A stretch of 64,000 nucleotides of DNA, taken from Deltaproteobacteria bacterium. GTDB lineage: Bacteria > Desulfobacterota_D > UBA1144 > Nemesobacterales > UBA2774. Shown in pieces: positions 29,773-40,931 of the stretch; position 1 is the stretch's first letter; each line of letters opens with the position of its first letter. The stretch spans positions 59,321-123,320 of the forward strand of contig JAVKFU010000013.1 in assembly GCA_040223695.1 (NCBI GenBank), read 5' to 3'. Under the pieces are notes generated by a model. That model was not told the origin of the DNA. It saw only the letters and a list, made by a program, of their open reading frames with translations, and did not search any database. Position numbers and translations under genes: made by a program.

Positions 29773-31464
29773 ATGAAGAAACTCTGGAGCGTTAAAAAAG
29801 AAAACCCCAAATTGAGAGATAAGCTCTCGAAAAACCTCGGCATTTCCCCTATTACGGCCCAGATTCTAATAAACAGGGGAATAGATAATGAGGCGGAGGT
29901 GAACCTTTTTCTAAACAGCACGCTTTTCGACCTCCCTTCCCCGTACCTGATGAAAGGCATGGAAAAAGCGGTCGAGAGAATAAAGAGAGCCATTACGAAA
30001 GGGGAGAAGATAGCGATCTACGGAGACTACGATGTAGACGGGGTCACTTCTACCGCTCTCCTTTACACATTCCTTAAAAAATTGGGCGGAGACGTGACGT
30101 ATTATAATCCCGACAGGCTTAAAGAGGGTTACGGGGTGAATATCGATGCCGTGAAAAAACTTGTCGGGGAAGGCGTGTCTCTTATAATTTCAGGGGACTG
30201 CGGCATTACCGCTGTGAGGGAAGTCGAGGAAGCAAAGAGACTCGGAGCCGATTTCATAGTCACGGATCACCACAAACCGCCCGAGGAGCTCCCGGACGCT
30301 GTAGCGGTGCTTAACCCTCAACTCTCCGACTGCAAGTACCCGGGGAAGGGGATTGCCGGCGTGGGCGTGATATTTAACCTCGCTGTGGCGCTAAGAAGAG
30401 CGCTCAGAGAAGACGGATTCTTTAAAGACGGCGAGCCCAATCTGGCCGACTACCTCGATCTGGTGGCCCTCGGGACAGTAGCCGATTGCGCCCCCCTTAT
30501 GGACGTTAACCGCATACTTGTAAAAGAAGGAATAAAAAGGATGCACTCTCCCAAGAGAATCGGCGTGATTGCGCTTAAAGAGGCAAGCAGCGTAAAATCC
30601 GAGGTCAGCTCATACGACCTCGGATTTAAGCTCGGACCGAGGATAAACGCTTCCGGAAGATTAAGCACGGCCGGAAAAGCGGTCGAACTCTTCGTATCGG
30701 AAGACCTCGAAGCCGCCAGGGAAATTGCCAAAACGCTCAGCAGGGAGAACTCCGACAGGCAAAATATAGAGGGCGACATACTTATCGATGCGATAACGCA
30801 AATCGAATCGGACCCGGGTTTCGAGGAGGCAAATTCAATCGTGCTGGCCTCCCCGGACTGGCATCCCGGTATAATAGGAATAGTCGCCTCCAGAATTGTA
30901 GAGAGATACGATAAACCCGTGATACTGATAGCGATAGACGGCGCCGGCGTCGGAAAGGGCTCAGGCAGGAGTGTGGAGGGAATTAATATTTACGCGGCGC
31001 TCACGGAGTGCCGGGATCTTTTCGAACAGTTCGGGGGACATGAACAGGCAGCCGGACTTTCTATCAGAAAAGAGAATATAGAGCGGTTCAAAGAGATGTT
31101 CGAAAGAGCGGTCGAGGGCGCAGGGAGTAAATTTCAGCCTGAACTTAAGATTGACTGCCGTGTCGAGCTCGATGATGTAACGGATTCATTAATTACAGAA
31201 TTCGGACTGCTCGAGCCGTTTGGAATAGGGAATCCGGAGCCCGTACTTCTTTCCAGGTCAGTTCAGGTGGTCTCCCAGCGTTTTTTCAAAGACAAGCACC
31301 TGGGGCTTAAGATCAGGCAGGGAAACGGAACTCTCGATGCCATATGGTTCAATATGACCGAGCCGTCGTTACTACCGGATACAATAGACGTGGTATTCAC
31401 GCCCGAATTCAACAAATGGAACGGGAGAAAAGAAGTCAGATTAAGGATTCTGGACGCAAGGTGA
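29773..31464 (+). CDS. recJ: Single-stranded-DNA-specific exonuclease RecJ
   Basis: DHH motifs (GDYDVDGVTS, ITDHH) and a DHHA1 domain (GGHEQAAG). Confidence 0.9.
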   Translation: MKKLWSVKKENPKLRDKLSKNLGISPITAQILINRGIDNEAEVNLFLNSTLFDLPSPYLMKGMEKAVERIKRAITKGEKIAIYGDYDVDGVTSTALLYTFLKKLGGDVTYYNPDRLKEGYGVNIDAVKKLVGEGVSLIISGDCGITAVREVEEAKRLGADFIVTDHHKPPEELPDAVAVLNPQLSDCKYPGKGIAGVGVIFNLAVALRRALREDGFFKDGEPNLADYLDLVALGTVADCAPLMDVNRILVKEGIKRMHSPKRIGVIALKEASSVKSEVSSYDLGFKLGPRINASGRLSTAGKAVELFVSEDLEAAREIAKTLSRENSDRQNIEGDILIDAITQIESDPGFEEANSIVLASPDWHPGIIGIVASRIVERYDKPVILIAIDGAGVGKGSGRSVEGINIYAALTECRDLFEQFGGHEQAAGLSIRKENIERFKEMFERAVEGAGSKFQPELKIDCRVELDDVTDSLITEFGLLEPFGIGNPEPVLLSRSVQVVSQRFFKDKHLGLKIRQGNGTLDAIWFNMTEPSLLPDTIDVVFTPEFNKWNGRKEVRLRILDAR

Positions 31465-31556
31465 AGACGGTTAAGAAATAATACCCGCAGATAAAATCAA
31501 ATAAGCCCGGCTATATTTATAATAATGGTTAAATAGACGGATACGGAGGTTTTGCA

Positions 31557-32444
31557 ATGGCTTTAAAATCAAGACTGGAGAATCTGAGTTTTATTTATCC
31601 GATAGCGATTATAGTTATAATTATTCTCGCTACCAGCGCATTCGTAATAGTGGACAGCGGTCACGTGGGAGTCGTAAGGACTCTTGGGGCGGTTCAGCCT
31701 AACCCGCTTCCCGAAGGCTTTCACTTCAAAAAACCTTTCATCGATAAAGTCGAGTCTATAGACATCAGGCTTACTAAAGCACAATCAAAATCGACGGCCG
31801 CCTCCAAGGACCTTCAGACAGTAGAGACGCAGGTTACGGTTCAGTATTCCCTAATGGGCCCGGTAGCTCCGAAGACATATCAGAAAATCGGAACGCGCGA
31901 TGTGGTTGCCGCAACCGTGATCGAACCGGCCATACAGGAATCGGTTAAGGCCATTACGGCCCAGTACACCGCCGAGCAGCTCGTCACGAAAAGGGCCGAG
32001 GTTAAACTCCAGATTCAGGAAGCAATCGACAACTTCATTACCGTGACCCTGAAAGACAAGGACGTTCCCACGGCGCTTAAAATAGCGAACGTCGCGATAA
32101 CAGATTTTGAATTTTCCGACGAATTCAATAAAGCTATCGAACTCAAGGTAAAAGCCGAGCAGGAAGCGCTTCAGGCTATAAATGAAAAAACGAGACGCGT
32201 AACTCAGGCTGAAGCTTCTTACCAGGAACAAAAGCTGGCAGCCGATGCGGCGGCTTATAACATTGAAGCCAGATCAAAGGCAAAAGCGGATGCAATCGCA
32301 AGAGAAGCAAAAGCGCTTAAGAGCAACCCGGAACTGATACAGCTCAGAATATCGGAGAAATGGGACGGCACGCTGCCGAAATTCACCGGAGGGGAAACAG
32401 TTCCCTTTATTAATGTCGATTCGGTACTGAAGGACAATCAGTAA
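31557..32444 (+). CDS. SPFH/band-7 (prohibitin-like) membrane protein
   Basis: N-terminal TM helix, PHB-domain core and a C-terminal coiled-coil-rich region. Confidence 0.8.
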   Translation: MALKSRLENLSFIYPIAIIVIIILATSAFVIVDSGHVGVVRTLGAVQPNPLPEGFHFKKPFIDKVESIDIRLTKAQSKSTAASKDLQTVETQVTVQYSLMGPVAPKTYQKIGTRDVVAATVIEPAIQESVKAITAQYTAEQLVTKRAEVKLQIQEAIDNFITVTLKDKDVPTALKIANVAITDFEFSDEFNKAIELKVKAEQEALQAINEKTRRVTQAEASYQEQKLAADAAAYNIEARSKAKADAIAREAKALKSNPELIQLRISEKWDGTLPKFTGGETVPFINVDSVLKDNQ

Positions 32445-32485
32445 AAACAAAGCTACCCGCTTAGACTAACAAGCGAAAGAATCTC

Positions 32486-35389
32486 CTAATCCTCGTAGGA
32501 TTCAGGGTCCGGGCAGGAGCAGACCAGGTTTCGGTCCCCGTAGGGGTTGTTTATACGCCCGACGGGGGGCCAGAATTTATTCTCCTCGACATATGGAAGG
32601 GGGAATACGGCTTTCTTCCTCGGATACGGGTGACTCCATTCATCACTCGTGGCCATGGAAGCCGTATGAGGGGCGTTCCCGAGCACGTTGTCCCCGGCGT
32701 CGGCACGGCCTTCGGAAATCTCCTGAATCTCTTCTCTTATGGAGACTAAAGCGTCACAGAACCTGTCGAGCTCGTCCTTATCTTCACTTTCCGTGGGCTC
32801 TACCATCATCGTCCCCGCAACGGGCCAGGATATTGTAGGAGCATGAAAACCGTAATCCATTAGTCTCTTCGCGATATCCTCCACCTCCACACCAGCGTCC
32901 CGCTTAAAACGTCTCAAATCCAGAATGAATTCATGCGCGACTCTTCCTCCGCTACCGGTAAAAAGCACATCATAGTACTTTTCAAGTCTCGACTTTAAAT
33001 AATTCGCGTTTAGAATGGCGTACTTTGTCGAGTCCGTAACCCCTTCCCTGCCGAGCATTTTAATATAGGCATAAGAAACCAGCAGTATGCTTGCGCTCCC
33101 CCAGGGAGTGGATGATACGGCATGAATCGCTTTATCACCGCCCGTCTTCAGGAGAGGATGGCCCGGAAGGAAAGGCGCCAGGTGCTCCGCCGCACAGATA
33201 GGCCCCATTCCCGGACCGCCTCCCCCGTGGGGTATGCTGAAAGTCTTGTGCAGATTGAGGTGACAGACGTCAGCGCCTATCACGGACGGGCTCGTAATTC
33301 CGACCTGGGCGTTCATATTCGCTCCGTCCATGTAGATTTGACCGCCGTACTCGTGGACAATCGAGCATATTTCTTTAATACCCGCCTCAAATACCCCGTG
33401 CGTAGAGGGATAGGTAACCATTAACACAGCAAGTGTGTCCCTGTGCTCCTCCGCTTTTTTCTTTAAATCTTCGACATCTATATTCCCCTCGGCGTCACAC
33501 TTTACGACAACCACCTTCATGCCCGCCATAGAAGCGCTCGCCGGGTTCGTTCCGTGAGCGGAGGAGGGAATCAAGGCCACATTTCTGTGCCCTTCGCCTC
33601 TGCCGTTGTAATAAGCCCTTATAACCAGGAGACCTGCGTATTCTCCCTGGGCGCCTGAATTGGGCTGGAGCGATACGGAGTGGAGTCCCGTAATTCGTGA
33701 AAGATAACCCTCAAGCTCTTCAAAAATTTCAATATATCCACGGGCCTGCTCCTTCGGAACAAACGGATGCATCCTGGAGAATTCGGGCCACGTCACAGGC
33801 ACCATCTCGGCAGTCGCGTTAAGCTTCATGGTGCATGAGCCGAGCGGAATCATGGATGACGTAAGAGACAGGTCTTTGTGCTCAAGCCGTTTTATGTACC
33901 TCAGCATATTTGTCTCGGAACGGTGGCTGTTAAAAACCGGATGTGTGAGGAAAGGGCTTTTTCTAGCCAGCTCCGGCGGATAGTTAATCTTAACTTCGCT
34001 CATGTCGGGGGTAGTGTTACGAGCCTTCTTACCGGACTCGCCCAGGGATCTGAAGACATCGATTATTCTTTCCGTATCGTGAAGCTCCGTCGTTTCGTCA
34101 AGCGAGATGCCGATATGTAGATCATCGATATATCTGAAGTTTATTCCGGAGTCTTCAGAAACGGTTCTTAATTTTTCGATAAGGCTGCCTGAATCATTAC
34201 CGAGGTCGATTTTCAGGGTGTCGAAAAAATACTCATTCTTCTGAAGAAAACCCAATTTCAAAAGCTCACTTTCGAGGAGCCGGGCAAGGGTATGAATCCT
34301 TTTTGCTATCGCCTTCAGGCCTTCAGGACCGTGATAAACGGCGTACATACCGGCCATAATTGCGAGTAATGCCTGTGCCGTGCAGATATTGGAAGTTGCC
34401 TTTTCCCGCCTTATATGCTGCTCCCGGGTTTGAAGAGCCATCCTGTAGGCGGGATTACCCTGAGAATCGATAGAGACGCCTATGATCCTGCCGGGAACCT
34501 GGCGGGTAAATTTTTCGTGGGTGGCGAAATACGCGGCGTGAGGTCCGCCGTAACCGAGCGGAACTCCAAACCTCTGTGTTGAGCCCAGAACGACATCGGC
34601 ACCGAACTCACCCGGCGCCCTGAGCAGAGTGAGACTCAGCAAATCGGCCGCCACAGCCACCATTATTCCGTTTTCATGCGCATTTTCGACGAAACCCGAG
34701 TAGTCAAAAACACCTCCGTCCGAATCCGGGTACTGAAGAAGCACGCCGAATACATTTTCACCGAATTCAAATTGATTATGATCTCCGATCGCAAGCTCGA
34801 TCCCGAGAGGCTCCGCACGCGTCTTAAGAATGTCGATGGTCTGGGGAAAGCATTTTTCGGAGACAAAAAAAACGTCCCGTCTGTCACGCCCCGGCTTTTT
34901 ATCCGCGACCCTGTGCAGCATGGTCATCGCCTCTGCAGCGGCGGTGCCTTCATCGAGGAGCGAAGCATTTGCGACATCCATCTTGGTTAAATCCATAACC
35001 ATTGTCTGAAAGTTGATAAGGGCTTCGAGGCGGCCCTGCGAGATCTCCGCCTGATACGGGGTGTATTGTGTATACCAGCCCGGGTTCTCCATTATATTGC
35101 GCTGAATAACTCCCGGAGTGATACAATCGTAATAACCAAGCCCGATACAGGATTTGAATATACGATTTTTTTTCGCTGTGTCCTTTAATTGCTCAAGAAG
35201 TTGATATTCATTTACTCCTTCGGGCAAGTCCAGAGGGTTCTTTAGCTTTATTGAAGAAGGAACAATCTCATCGATAAGCTTATCGAGAGAGGAAGCGCCA
35301 ACTACCTCAAGCATGGCGTTGAGCTCGGTTTCATCCGGGCCTATATGCCTGCTGGCAAATGTTTCGTAACTGTTCTGGGCAGATTTCAT
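32486..35389 (-). CDS. gcvP: Glycine dehydrogenase (decarboxylating), single-chain P protein
   Basis: 967 aa; N-terminal FASRHIGP; PLP-lysine region [19 protein letters not shown]. Confidence 0.95.
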   Translation of the reverse strand: MKSAQNSYETFASRHIGPDETELNAMLEVVGASSLDKLIDEIVPSSIKLKNPLDLPEGVNEYQLLEQLKDTAKKNRIFKSCIGLGYYDCITPGVIQRNIMENPGWYTQYTPYQAEISQGRLEALINFQTMVMDLTKMDVANASLLDEGTAAAEAMTMLHRVADKKPGRDRRDVFFVSEKCFPQTIDILKTRAEPLGIELAIGDHNQFEFGENVFGVLLQYPDSDGGVFDYSGFVENAHENGIMVAVAADLLSLTLLRAPGEFGADVVLGSTQRFGVPLGYGGPHAAYFATHEKFTRQVPGRIIGVSIDSQGNPAYRMALQTREQHIRREKATSNICTAQALLAIMAGMYAVYHGPEGLKAIAKRIHTLARLLESELLKLGFLQKNEYFFDTLKIDLGNDSGSLIEKLRTVSEDSGINFRYIDDLHIGISLDETTELHDTERIIDVFRSLGESGKKARNTTPDMSEVKINYPPELARKSPFLTHPVFNSHRSETNMLRYIKRLEHKDLSLTSSMIPLGSCTMKLNATAEMVPVTWPEFSRMHPFVPKEQARGYIEIFEELEGYLSRITGLHSVSLQPNSGAQGEYAGLLVIRAYYNGRGEGHRNVALIPSSAHGTNPASASMAGMKVVVVKCDAEGNIDVEDLKKKAEEHRDTLAVLMVTYPSTHGVFEAGIKEICSIVHEYGGQIYMDGANMNAQVGITSPSVIGADVCHLNLHKTFSIPHGGGGPGMGPICAAEHLAPFLPGHPLLKTGGDKAIHAVSSTPWGSASILLVSYAYIKMLGREGVTDSTKYAILNANYLKSRLEKYYDVLFTGSGGRVAHEFILDLRRFKRDAGVEVEDIAKRLMDYGFHAPTISWPVAGTMMVEPTESEDKDELDRFCDALVSIREEIQEISEGRADAGDNVLGNAPHTASMATSDEWSHPYPRKKAVFPLPYVEENKFWPPVGRINNPYGDRNLVCSCPDPESYED

Positions 35390-35505
35390 TAAATTGCCGA
35401 ACTCACAGAGATTGTAAAATTATTAACAGAAGGATATTTATGCCGGTTTAATAGATTCGAGCTGCGTTAATCAAATTTAAACCAGATGCAAATCTATACC
35501 GAGGT

Positions 35506-35901
35506 CTACTCGTCAACTTCTTTCTCAACATATTCCGTGTAATCCTCAACATTCATCAAGTCGTCAAGCTCTTCCGGATCGTAAGGCTTGACCTTTATCA
35601 TCCACCCTTCACCGTAAGGGTCCTCATTCAGGGTCTCCGGGGAATCCAGCAGAACCTCATTTACCTCAACCACGTCGCCGCTTACAGGCGCGTAAAGATC
35701 GGACACGGCCTTGGTGGATTCGACAGCCCCGAACGGATCCCCTTTCGTTATCTCATCCCCTTCACTGGGAAGTTCTATATACACTATTTCACCCAGAGCG
35801 TCTTGCGCGAAGTCGGTAATTCCTATCACCAGGAATTCGTCCTCTTCCCTGGCCCATTCATGATCTGTCGTATATTTCAGCTCATCCGGTATTTGCACCA
35901 T
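35506..35901 (-). CDS. gcvH: Glycine cleavage system H protein
   Basis: Lipoyl-lysine motif ESTKAVSDLYAPVSG. Confidence 0.9.
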   Translation of the reverse strand: MVQIPDELKYTTDHEWAREEDEFLVIGITDFAQDALGEIVYIELPSEGDEITKGDPFGAVESTKAVSDLYAPVSGDVVEVNEVLLDSPETLNEDPYGEGWMIKVKPYDPEELDDLMNVEDYTEYVEKEVDE

Positions 35902-35917
35902 AGCTTGATCTCCTTCT

Positions 35918-37006
35918 CTAATTAATATTCTTTCTGTAAAACGGAATATTAACCGTCTCCGCCTCCCTCATTTTATTTCTAATTTCTACCTGAATATTGT
36001 CATTAATACCTACTTCGCTTTTTAAGTAACCCAAACCGATCGGCTTTTCAAGGCTGGGAGAAAATGTCCCGCTCGTAACATTGCCTAGAGAATCGCCGTT
36101 TTTGAATATACCATATCCCTGTCTCGGGACGCCGCGGCCGATCATCTCAAATCCGACGATTTGATTTTTAAGGCCGTCTTGAAGCGCCTTTGCCAACGCA
36201 ACTTTACCGAGAAAATCTCCGTTATCCATCTTTACGTACCTGCCGAGCCCGGCTTCGAGAGGACTTATATCCTCGTCAATTTCATGTCCGTAAAGAGAAT
36301 ATCCCATTTCGATCCTCAACGTATCGCGGGCACCCAAACCGCAGGGTTTTATTCCGTAAGGCTTCCCCGTATCCATTATGCTGTTCCAAAGCTCCGCTCC
36401 ACGCTCCCAGGGCAGAAATATCTCAAACCCGTCTTCTCCGGTATAGCCCGTTCTCGCTACCAGCAACCCGGCCCCTTTCCATTCGATCTCGATGAAACGG
36501 AATTTTTTTAATTTACTGAAATCCTCGCCCAGGGTTTCCGATAAAATACGCTCGGAATGAGGCCCCTGCAGAGCAATCTGTGAGAACTCACCGCTTCTGT
36601 CCGCAACCTCAACATTATAATCACCCTTTGCGTTCACTATCCATTCGAGGTCTTTCGCCGTATTCGAAGCGTTTACGCAAAAAAGAAATTTTTCATCCGA
36701 GAGTTTATATAAAATTACGTCATCGACGACTCCGCCGCCGTGGTTGCACAGGATAGTGTACTGGGCCTGGAAAATATCCACGCTGAGGACGTCGTTAGTG
36801 CTTATCCATTGACAAAAAACGGATGCGTCTTTTCCGCTTACCTCGATTTCTCCCATATGGCTTACGTCGAAAAGACCTGCCGCAGCCCTTACAGCGAAAT
36901 GCTCCTCTCTAACGCCTTCGTACTGGACGGGCATCTCCCATCCTGCAAACTCGACGATCCGCGCACCCAGCTTCTTATGAATTTCATACAGCGCCGTCCT
37001 CTTCAT
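35918..37006 (-). CDS. gcvT: Glycine cleavage system aminomethyltransferase T
   Basis: [28 protein letters not shown]-terminus; gene order gcvT-gcvH-gcvP. Confidence 0.9.
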   Translation of the reverse strand: MKRTALYEIHKKLGARIVEFAGWEMPVQYEGVREEHFAVRAAAGLFDVSHMGEIEVSGKDASVFCQWISTNDVLSVDIFQAQYTILCNHGGGVVDDVILYKLSDEKFLFCVNASNTAKDLEWIVNAKGDYNVEVADRSGEFSQIALQGPHSERILSETLGEDFSKLKKFRFIEIEWKGAGLLVARTGYTGEDGFEIFLPWERGAELWNSIMDTGKPYGIKPCGLGARDTLRIEMGYSLYGHEIDEDISPLEAGLGRYVKMDNGDFLGKVALAKALQDGLKNQIVGFEMIGRGVPRQGYGIFKNGDSLGNVTSGTFSPSLEKPIGLGYLKSEVGINDNIQVEIRNKMREAETVNIPFYRKNIN

Positions 37007-37193
37007 GTACCCTAATTGTTTAACAACTCAATGTGGGATTGTCAATAAGGCGGATAGCAATTATTTAAAAGCCGGGTCAAATGACGCCGGGCTTTATGCC
37101 GCCTGCGGGACAAGGCGATTTTAATTAATAAAATCGATAAGTTCTTAAGGGAATAACAGGGCTAAAGGGGCGGGACTTCAGGGGACCGCTTCT

Positions 37194-37856
37194 TTACTCT
37201 TCTCCTACGATCCGGACGTCGTCCCGGTATTGGAGCGGGACCAGGTCAAGATCGTTTACGTAATTCTCAACGCCGTTTTCATCAACCCATATATATATGA
37301 CCTGTTCTTCGCCGGGGGGAAGTGTGTAGTATCCCGGAGGCGGCTCATCATCGTATTGGTAATACTGCTCATAACTCTCCCGGTTCGGGGAATTATTATA
37401 TTGATTAACCTCTACATTACTCGGTCTCTCAATCACCGTCCCTAAAGTGGTTCCGTACCCGTAGGGATAAAGCGGATCATAGTAGACGTAGTAATCCTGA
37501 GAGGGGAAATAACCGTAATAATTAGGATAGTATTTTTTATAGTGTTTCCCGTGTTTGTAATTGTTTCCCTTGCCGTAATATTTGTGTGAGTGTCCTTTAT
37601 TGTTTTTGTTATAGCTCGTTCCGGGATGATGTCTGTAGTAATTATTATGGAAGGACTTATGCGCATCGAAATGGTTAACGTTATTATTCGTGTGTGCGGA
37701 ATGCTTATTGTTGGAAGTCTTCTGAGATTTATATTGTTTTGACTGACCCGAGCTTTGTCCGAGCCTGACTCTATCTTGGCCCGATTCCTGACCCTCTGCC
37801 CAGGATGAAAACACAAACAGCATCAAAACGGAAGTGAAGATAAATTTAATATTCAT
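37194..37856 (-). CDS. Secreted low-complexity protein rich in His, Tyr, Asn and Lys
   Basis: Signal peptide MNIKFIFTSVLMLFVFSSWAEGQ followed by HK/YY/NN-rich tracts (KGHSHKYYGKGNNYKHGKHYKKYYPNYYGYFP); no recognisable family. Confidence 0.5.
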   Translation of the reverse strand: MNIKFIFTSVLMLFVFSSWAEGQESGQDRVRLGQSSGQSKQYKSQKTSNNKHSAHTNNNVNHFDAHKSFHNNYYRHHPGTSYNKNNKGHSHKYYGKGNNYKHGKHYKKYYPNYYGYFPSQDYYVYYDPLYPYGYGTTLGTVIERPSNVEVNQYNNSPNRESYEQYYQYDDEPPPGYYTLPPGEEQVIYIWVDENGVENYVNDLDLVPLQYRDDVRIVGEE

Positions 37857-37955
37857 GATATAACCCCATATACATCCTCTATATAATATAACTCCATTAA
37901 CGGGATTTGAACATCAAGTTATATAATCCGGGTTTATTTCGCCGTAAAGAAAAGC

Positions 37956-39509
37956 TCATTGGGAATTGAACAAGGCGGCTACTTCGGGCTTTACCACCTT
38001 GCCCATCTGGTTATGGGGCAGCTCATCCACAAACAGTATTGCTGACGGGACCTTATAAGAAGCCATCCTCTCTTTTGACCATTTCCTTAAGGAAGCAAGA
38101 TTGATTTTTTTCTTTCCTCCAAGCACAAGCGCGGCGCAGACCCTCTCACCCCACTCCTCGTCCTCCACTCCGACAACGGCGCATTCCTCAATTTGGGGGT
38201 GCTCTCTCAGAACTTCCTCCACCTCGAGCGCTGAAACCTTGTACCCCCCGCTCTTAATAATATCGACCGAGCTTCTTCCCATAATCCTGTAAACACCGTC
38301 TTTGTTCCGCCGTGCGATATCGCCCGTCCTGAACCATTCTCCATTGATAAACGCCTCTTTGGTGGCATCGGGCTTCCGCCAGTACTCAAAAAAAACATTC
38401 GGTCCTTTAATTATAATCTCGCCCTCGCCCGCACCACGAATGACGGTTTCATTCTCATCTATGAGTTTTACTTCCACTCCTGGCAGAGGCTTGCATACAT
38501 GACCCGGCATTCTCTCGCCGTGGAGAGGATTGGAAAGCGCCATTCCAGTTTCGGTCATGCCGTATCTTTCAAGCAGCACGTGACCGCTTATCTCCTTCCA
38601 TTTTTCGAGAGTGCTTACAGGTAAAGCGGCCGAGCCCGAAACCATTAAACGCATACGTCCGCAGGCACCGCTCATTTCCTCCCTTTTCTCAGGAGGAGCA
38701 TTTTGCCACACGCGGATAAGCCGCGAATATATGGTCGGCACGGCCATAAAAAGCGTGTAGCTTCCGTCCGTAAATTTCCCCCATACCCTTCCGGCATCGA
38801 ATCCGGGCATCAATTCGCACGAGGCGCCCGACCACAGAGCGCAAAACAGCGCGTTTATTATTCCGTGAAGGTGGTGAAGGGGAAGGACATTGAGAATAAA
38901 ATCGCCCGAAGTCCACTCCCACGCCTTGACCAGCGAAGCAATCTGCGCTCTTATGCTGGCATGTGTGCTTACAACTCCTTTGGGTGTGCTCGTAGTTCCA
39001 CTCGTATAGATAATCATCGCCCTTCGGTCTTCACTCACGAGCGGCAATGAAATTTTTTTGCACTGCACGGCCTCTTCGACAGTTGAAAAATCCGTCCCCG
39101 TTTTTTCGGCAAGTTTTCCAAGCCTGTCGTTGAATTGCGGAGCGGCGAGCAAAAGCTCGGCGCCGCTGTCCTTGACGACGTATTCGAGCTCCGGGTCCGG
39201 ATGAGACACGGAGAGCGGCACGGCTATCCCTCCGGCGCGCCATATGCCGAGCATCACGGCGACATATTCAAATCCCGGGGGGACAAAAAACGAAACCCCG
39301 GCCTCGTCTAAATCCTCCCTGTCCTTAAGTAGATATGACGCCACACGATGTGAAGCATCCAGCAGGTCGGGGTATGAATACTCCCCTTCGCTATCTATAA
39401 TCGCTGTCTGTTTATAGCGGGAAAGATTCTTTAATATCGTTAATCCGGACATATTAGTATTGAAAGGATTTCTCTTATTATCAGCAAAGTCCCCTCTGTC
39501 GAGACACAT
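37956..39509 (-). CDS. AMP-dependent acyl-CoA synthetase/ligase; start may be the internal Met at 39452
   Basis: AMP-binding motif YTSGTTSTPKGV plus GYGMTE and a C-terminal lysine motif. Confidence 0.8.
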   Translation of the reverse strand: MCLDRGDFADNKRNPFNTNMSGLTILKNLSRYKQTAIIDSEGEYSYPDLLDASHRVASYLLKDREDLDEAGVSFFVPPGFEYVAVMLGIWRAGGIAVPLSVSHPDPELEYVVKDSGAELLLAAPQFNDRLGKLAEKTGTDFSTVEEAVQCKKISLPLVSEDRRAMIIYTSGTTSTPKGVVSTHASIRAQIASLVKAWEWTSGDFILNVLPLHHLHGIINALFCALWSGASCELMPGFDAGRVWGKFTDGSYTLFMAVPTIYSRLIRVWQNAPPEKREEMSGACGRMRLMVSGSAALPVSTLEKWKEISGHVLLERYGMTETGMALSNPLHGERMPGHVCKPLPGVEVKLIDENETVIRGAGEGEIIIKGPNVFFEYWRKPDATKEAFINGEWFRTGDIARRNKDGVYRIMGRSSVDIIKSGGYKVSALEVEEVLREHPQIEECAVVGVEDEEWGERVCAALVLGGKKKINLASLRKWSKERMASYKVPSAILFVDELPHNQMGKVVKPEVAALFNSQ

Positions 39510-39585
39510 GAATTATAATTTGATACCATTATTTGGTAAAATTATTTTTTTAAACAGCTTATGTGATTAAAAGAGATAGACGCAC

Positions 39586-40128
39586 ATGGGGAACATTTTG
39601 GAAATAACGGAGTTAGGCGATCCCGTACTCAGGGAGAAAGCTTCCGGAGTTGAGAACATACATGACGACTCCATACAGAATTTCATTGACGATCTGATCG
39701 AAACGGGACTTCACGCGAATGGGGTCGGGATAGCCGCGCCGCAGGTCAATGAATCAAAACGCATTTTTATAATCTCGTCACACCCGAGCGTACGGTATCC
39801 GAACGCGCCCGAAATGAAACCCGTGGCCATAATCAATCCGGAAATCATTTCCACCTCGGAGGAATTAGTAAAGGACTGGGAGGGATGTCTAAGTATCCCG
39901 GGGATAAGGGGGATGGTGCCTCGCCATAAATCAATACACGCCAGATACTTTTTAAGGAACGGCAGCACCGAAGAGAGGGAGTTTACCGGTTTTATAGCCA
40001 GAATATTTCAGCACGAGTACGATCATATAAACGGGATTCTTTTCCCGGACCGACTAGAATCAAATAAGGACCTGATTACGGAGAAGGAATACAGGAAAAT
40101 CATCTCCGCTGAGGACGGGAAGGATTGA
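39586..40128 (+). CDS. def: Peptide deformylase
   Basis: The three PDF motifs GVGIAAPQV, EGCLS and HEYDH. Confidence 0.92.
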   Translation: MGNILEITELGDPVLREKASGVENIHDDSIQNFIDDLIETGLHANGVGIAAPQVNESKRIFIISSHPSVRYPNAPEMKPVAIINPEIISTSEELVKDWEGCLSIPGIRGMVPRHKSIHARYFLRNGSTEEREFTGFIARIFQHEYDHINGILFPDRLESNKDLITEKEYRKIISAEDGKD

Positions 40129-40931
40129 TGTTAAAAATAAACAATCATCAATATGCGCTGGCGGCGGTACTTAGCCTGATTGCTATACTATATTCCGAGG
40201 CCCAAGAGGGCAAGGACTACATTTTCCAGACCTCTACAATAGGAGCGCTCATGCAGGGGGATTACAACGGAATTTTAACCTTCGGAGAGCTAAAAAAACA
40301 CGGGGACTTCGGGCTAGGGACCTTTAACGATCTGGATGGTGAGATGGTCGGTCTCGACGGGATTTTCTATCAGGTGAATTCCGACGGCGAAGTCAGCACT
40401 GTGCCGGACTCGGCCCTCACACCCTTTGCCGCAGTCACGTTCTTTGAAACTGACCAAACCCTGACTCTGAGCGAACCGCTCGAGTGCAAAGAGCTCGAGG
40501 GCTACCTGGAAAAGCTGTTCCCGACAAAGAATATATTCTATGCGATAAAGGTAGAGGGAAGCTTTGATTCCCTGAAGGCTCGGAGCGTGCCCAGACAGAA
40601 AAGGCCCTACCCTCCGCTTGCGGAAGTAGTAAAACGGGAATCGATATTCGAATTTAACGGAATAAACGGAACTATGGTGGGCTTTCGACTTCCGGAGTAT
40701 CTTGGTAGCATAAACGCTACCGGCTTTCACTTTCATTTTATTTCGGAGGGTAAAGACTCAGGCGGGCACGTGCTCGACTGTAAACTAAATAATGTAAGTG
40801 TTGAAATCGATCAAATAAGCGATATTCGAATATCGCTGCCGGATACAGGCGACTTCTACAGAGCAGAACTGAGCAAAACGGGGAAAAGTAAATTAGAAAA
40901 TGCGGATGCCGGAGAAAAAAGTGAAGAGTAA
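40125..40931 (+). CDS. alsD: Alpha-acetolactate decarboxylase with an N-terminal signal-like hydrophobic segment
   Basis: STIGALMQGDYNGILTFGELKKHGDFGLGTFNDLDGEMVGLDG matches the ALDC core; overlaps the def stop by 4 nt. Confidence 0.8.
   Translation: MMLKINNHQYALAAVLSLIAILYSEAQEGKDYIFQTSTIGALMQGDYNGILTFGELKKHGDFGLGTFNDLDGEMVGLDGIFYQVNSDGEVSTVPDSALTPFAAVTFFETDQTLTLSEPLECKELEGYLEKLFPTKNIFYAIKVEGSFDSLKARSVPRQKRPYPPLAEVVKRESIFEFNGINGTMVGFRLPEYLGSINATGFHFHFISEGKDSGGHVLDCKLNNVSVEIDQISDIRISLPDTGDFYRAELSKTGKSKLENADAGEKSEE

Noticed and set aside
37007-37193. Looked for a glycine riboswitch in the leader of gcvT-gcvH-gcvP
   Set aside because: The minus-strand leader lacks the conserved GGAGAG...ACCGAAGGGGCAA cores of glycine aptamers. 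Only promoter-like TTGACA hexamers are present.
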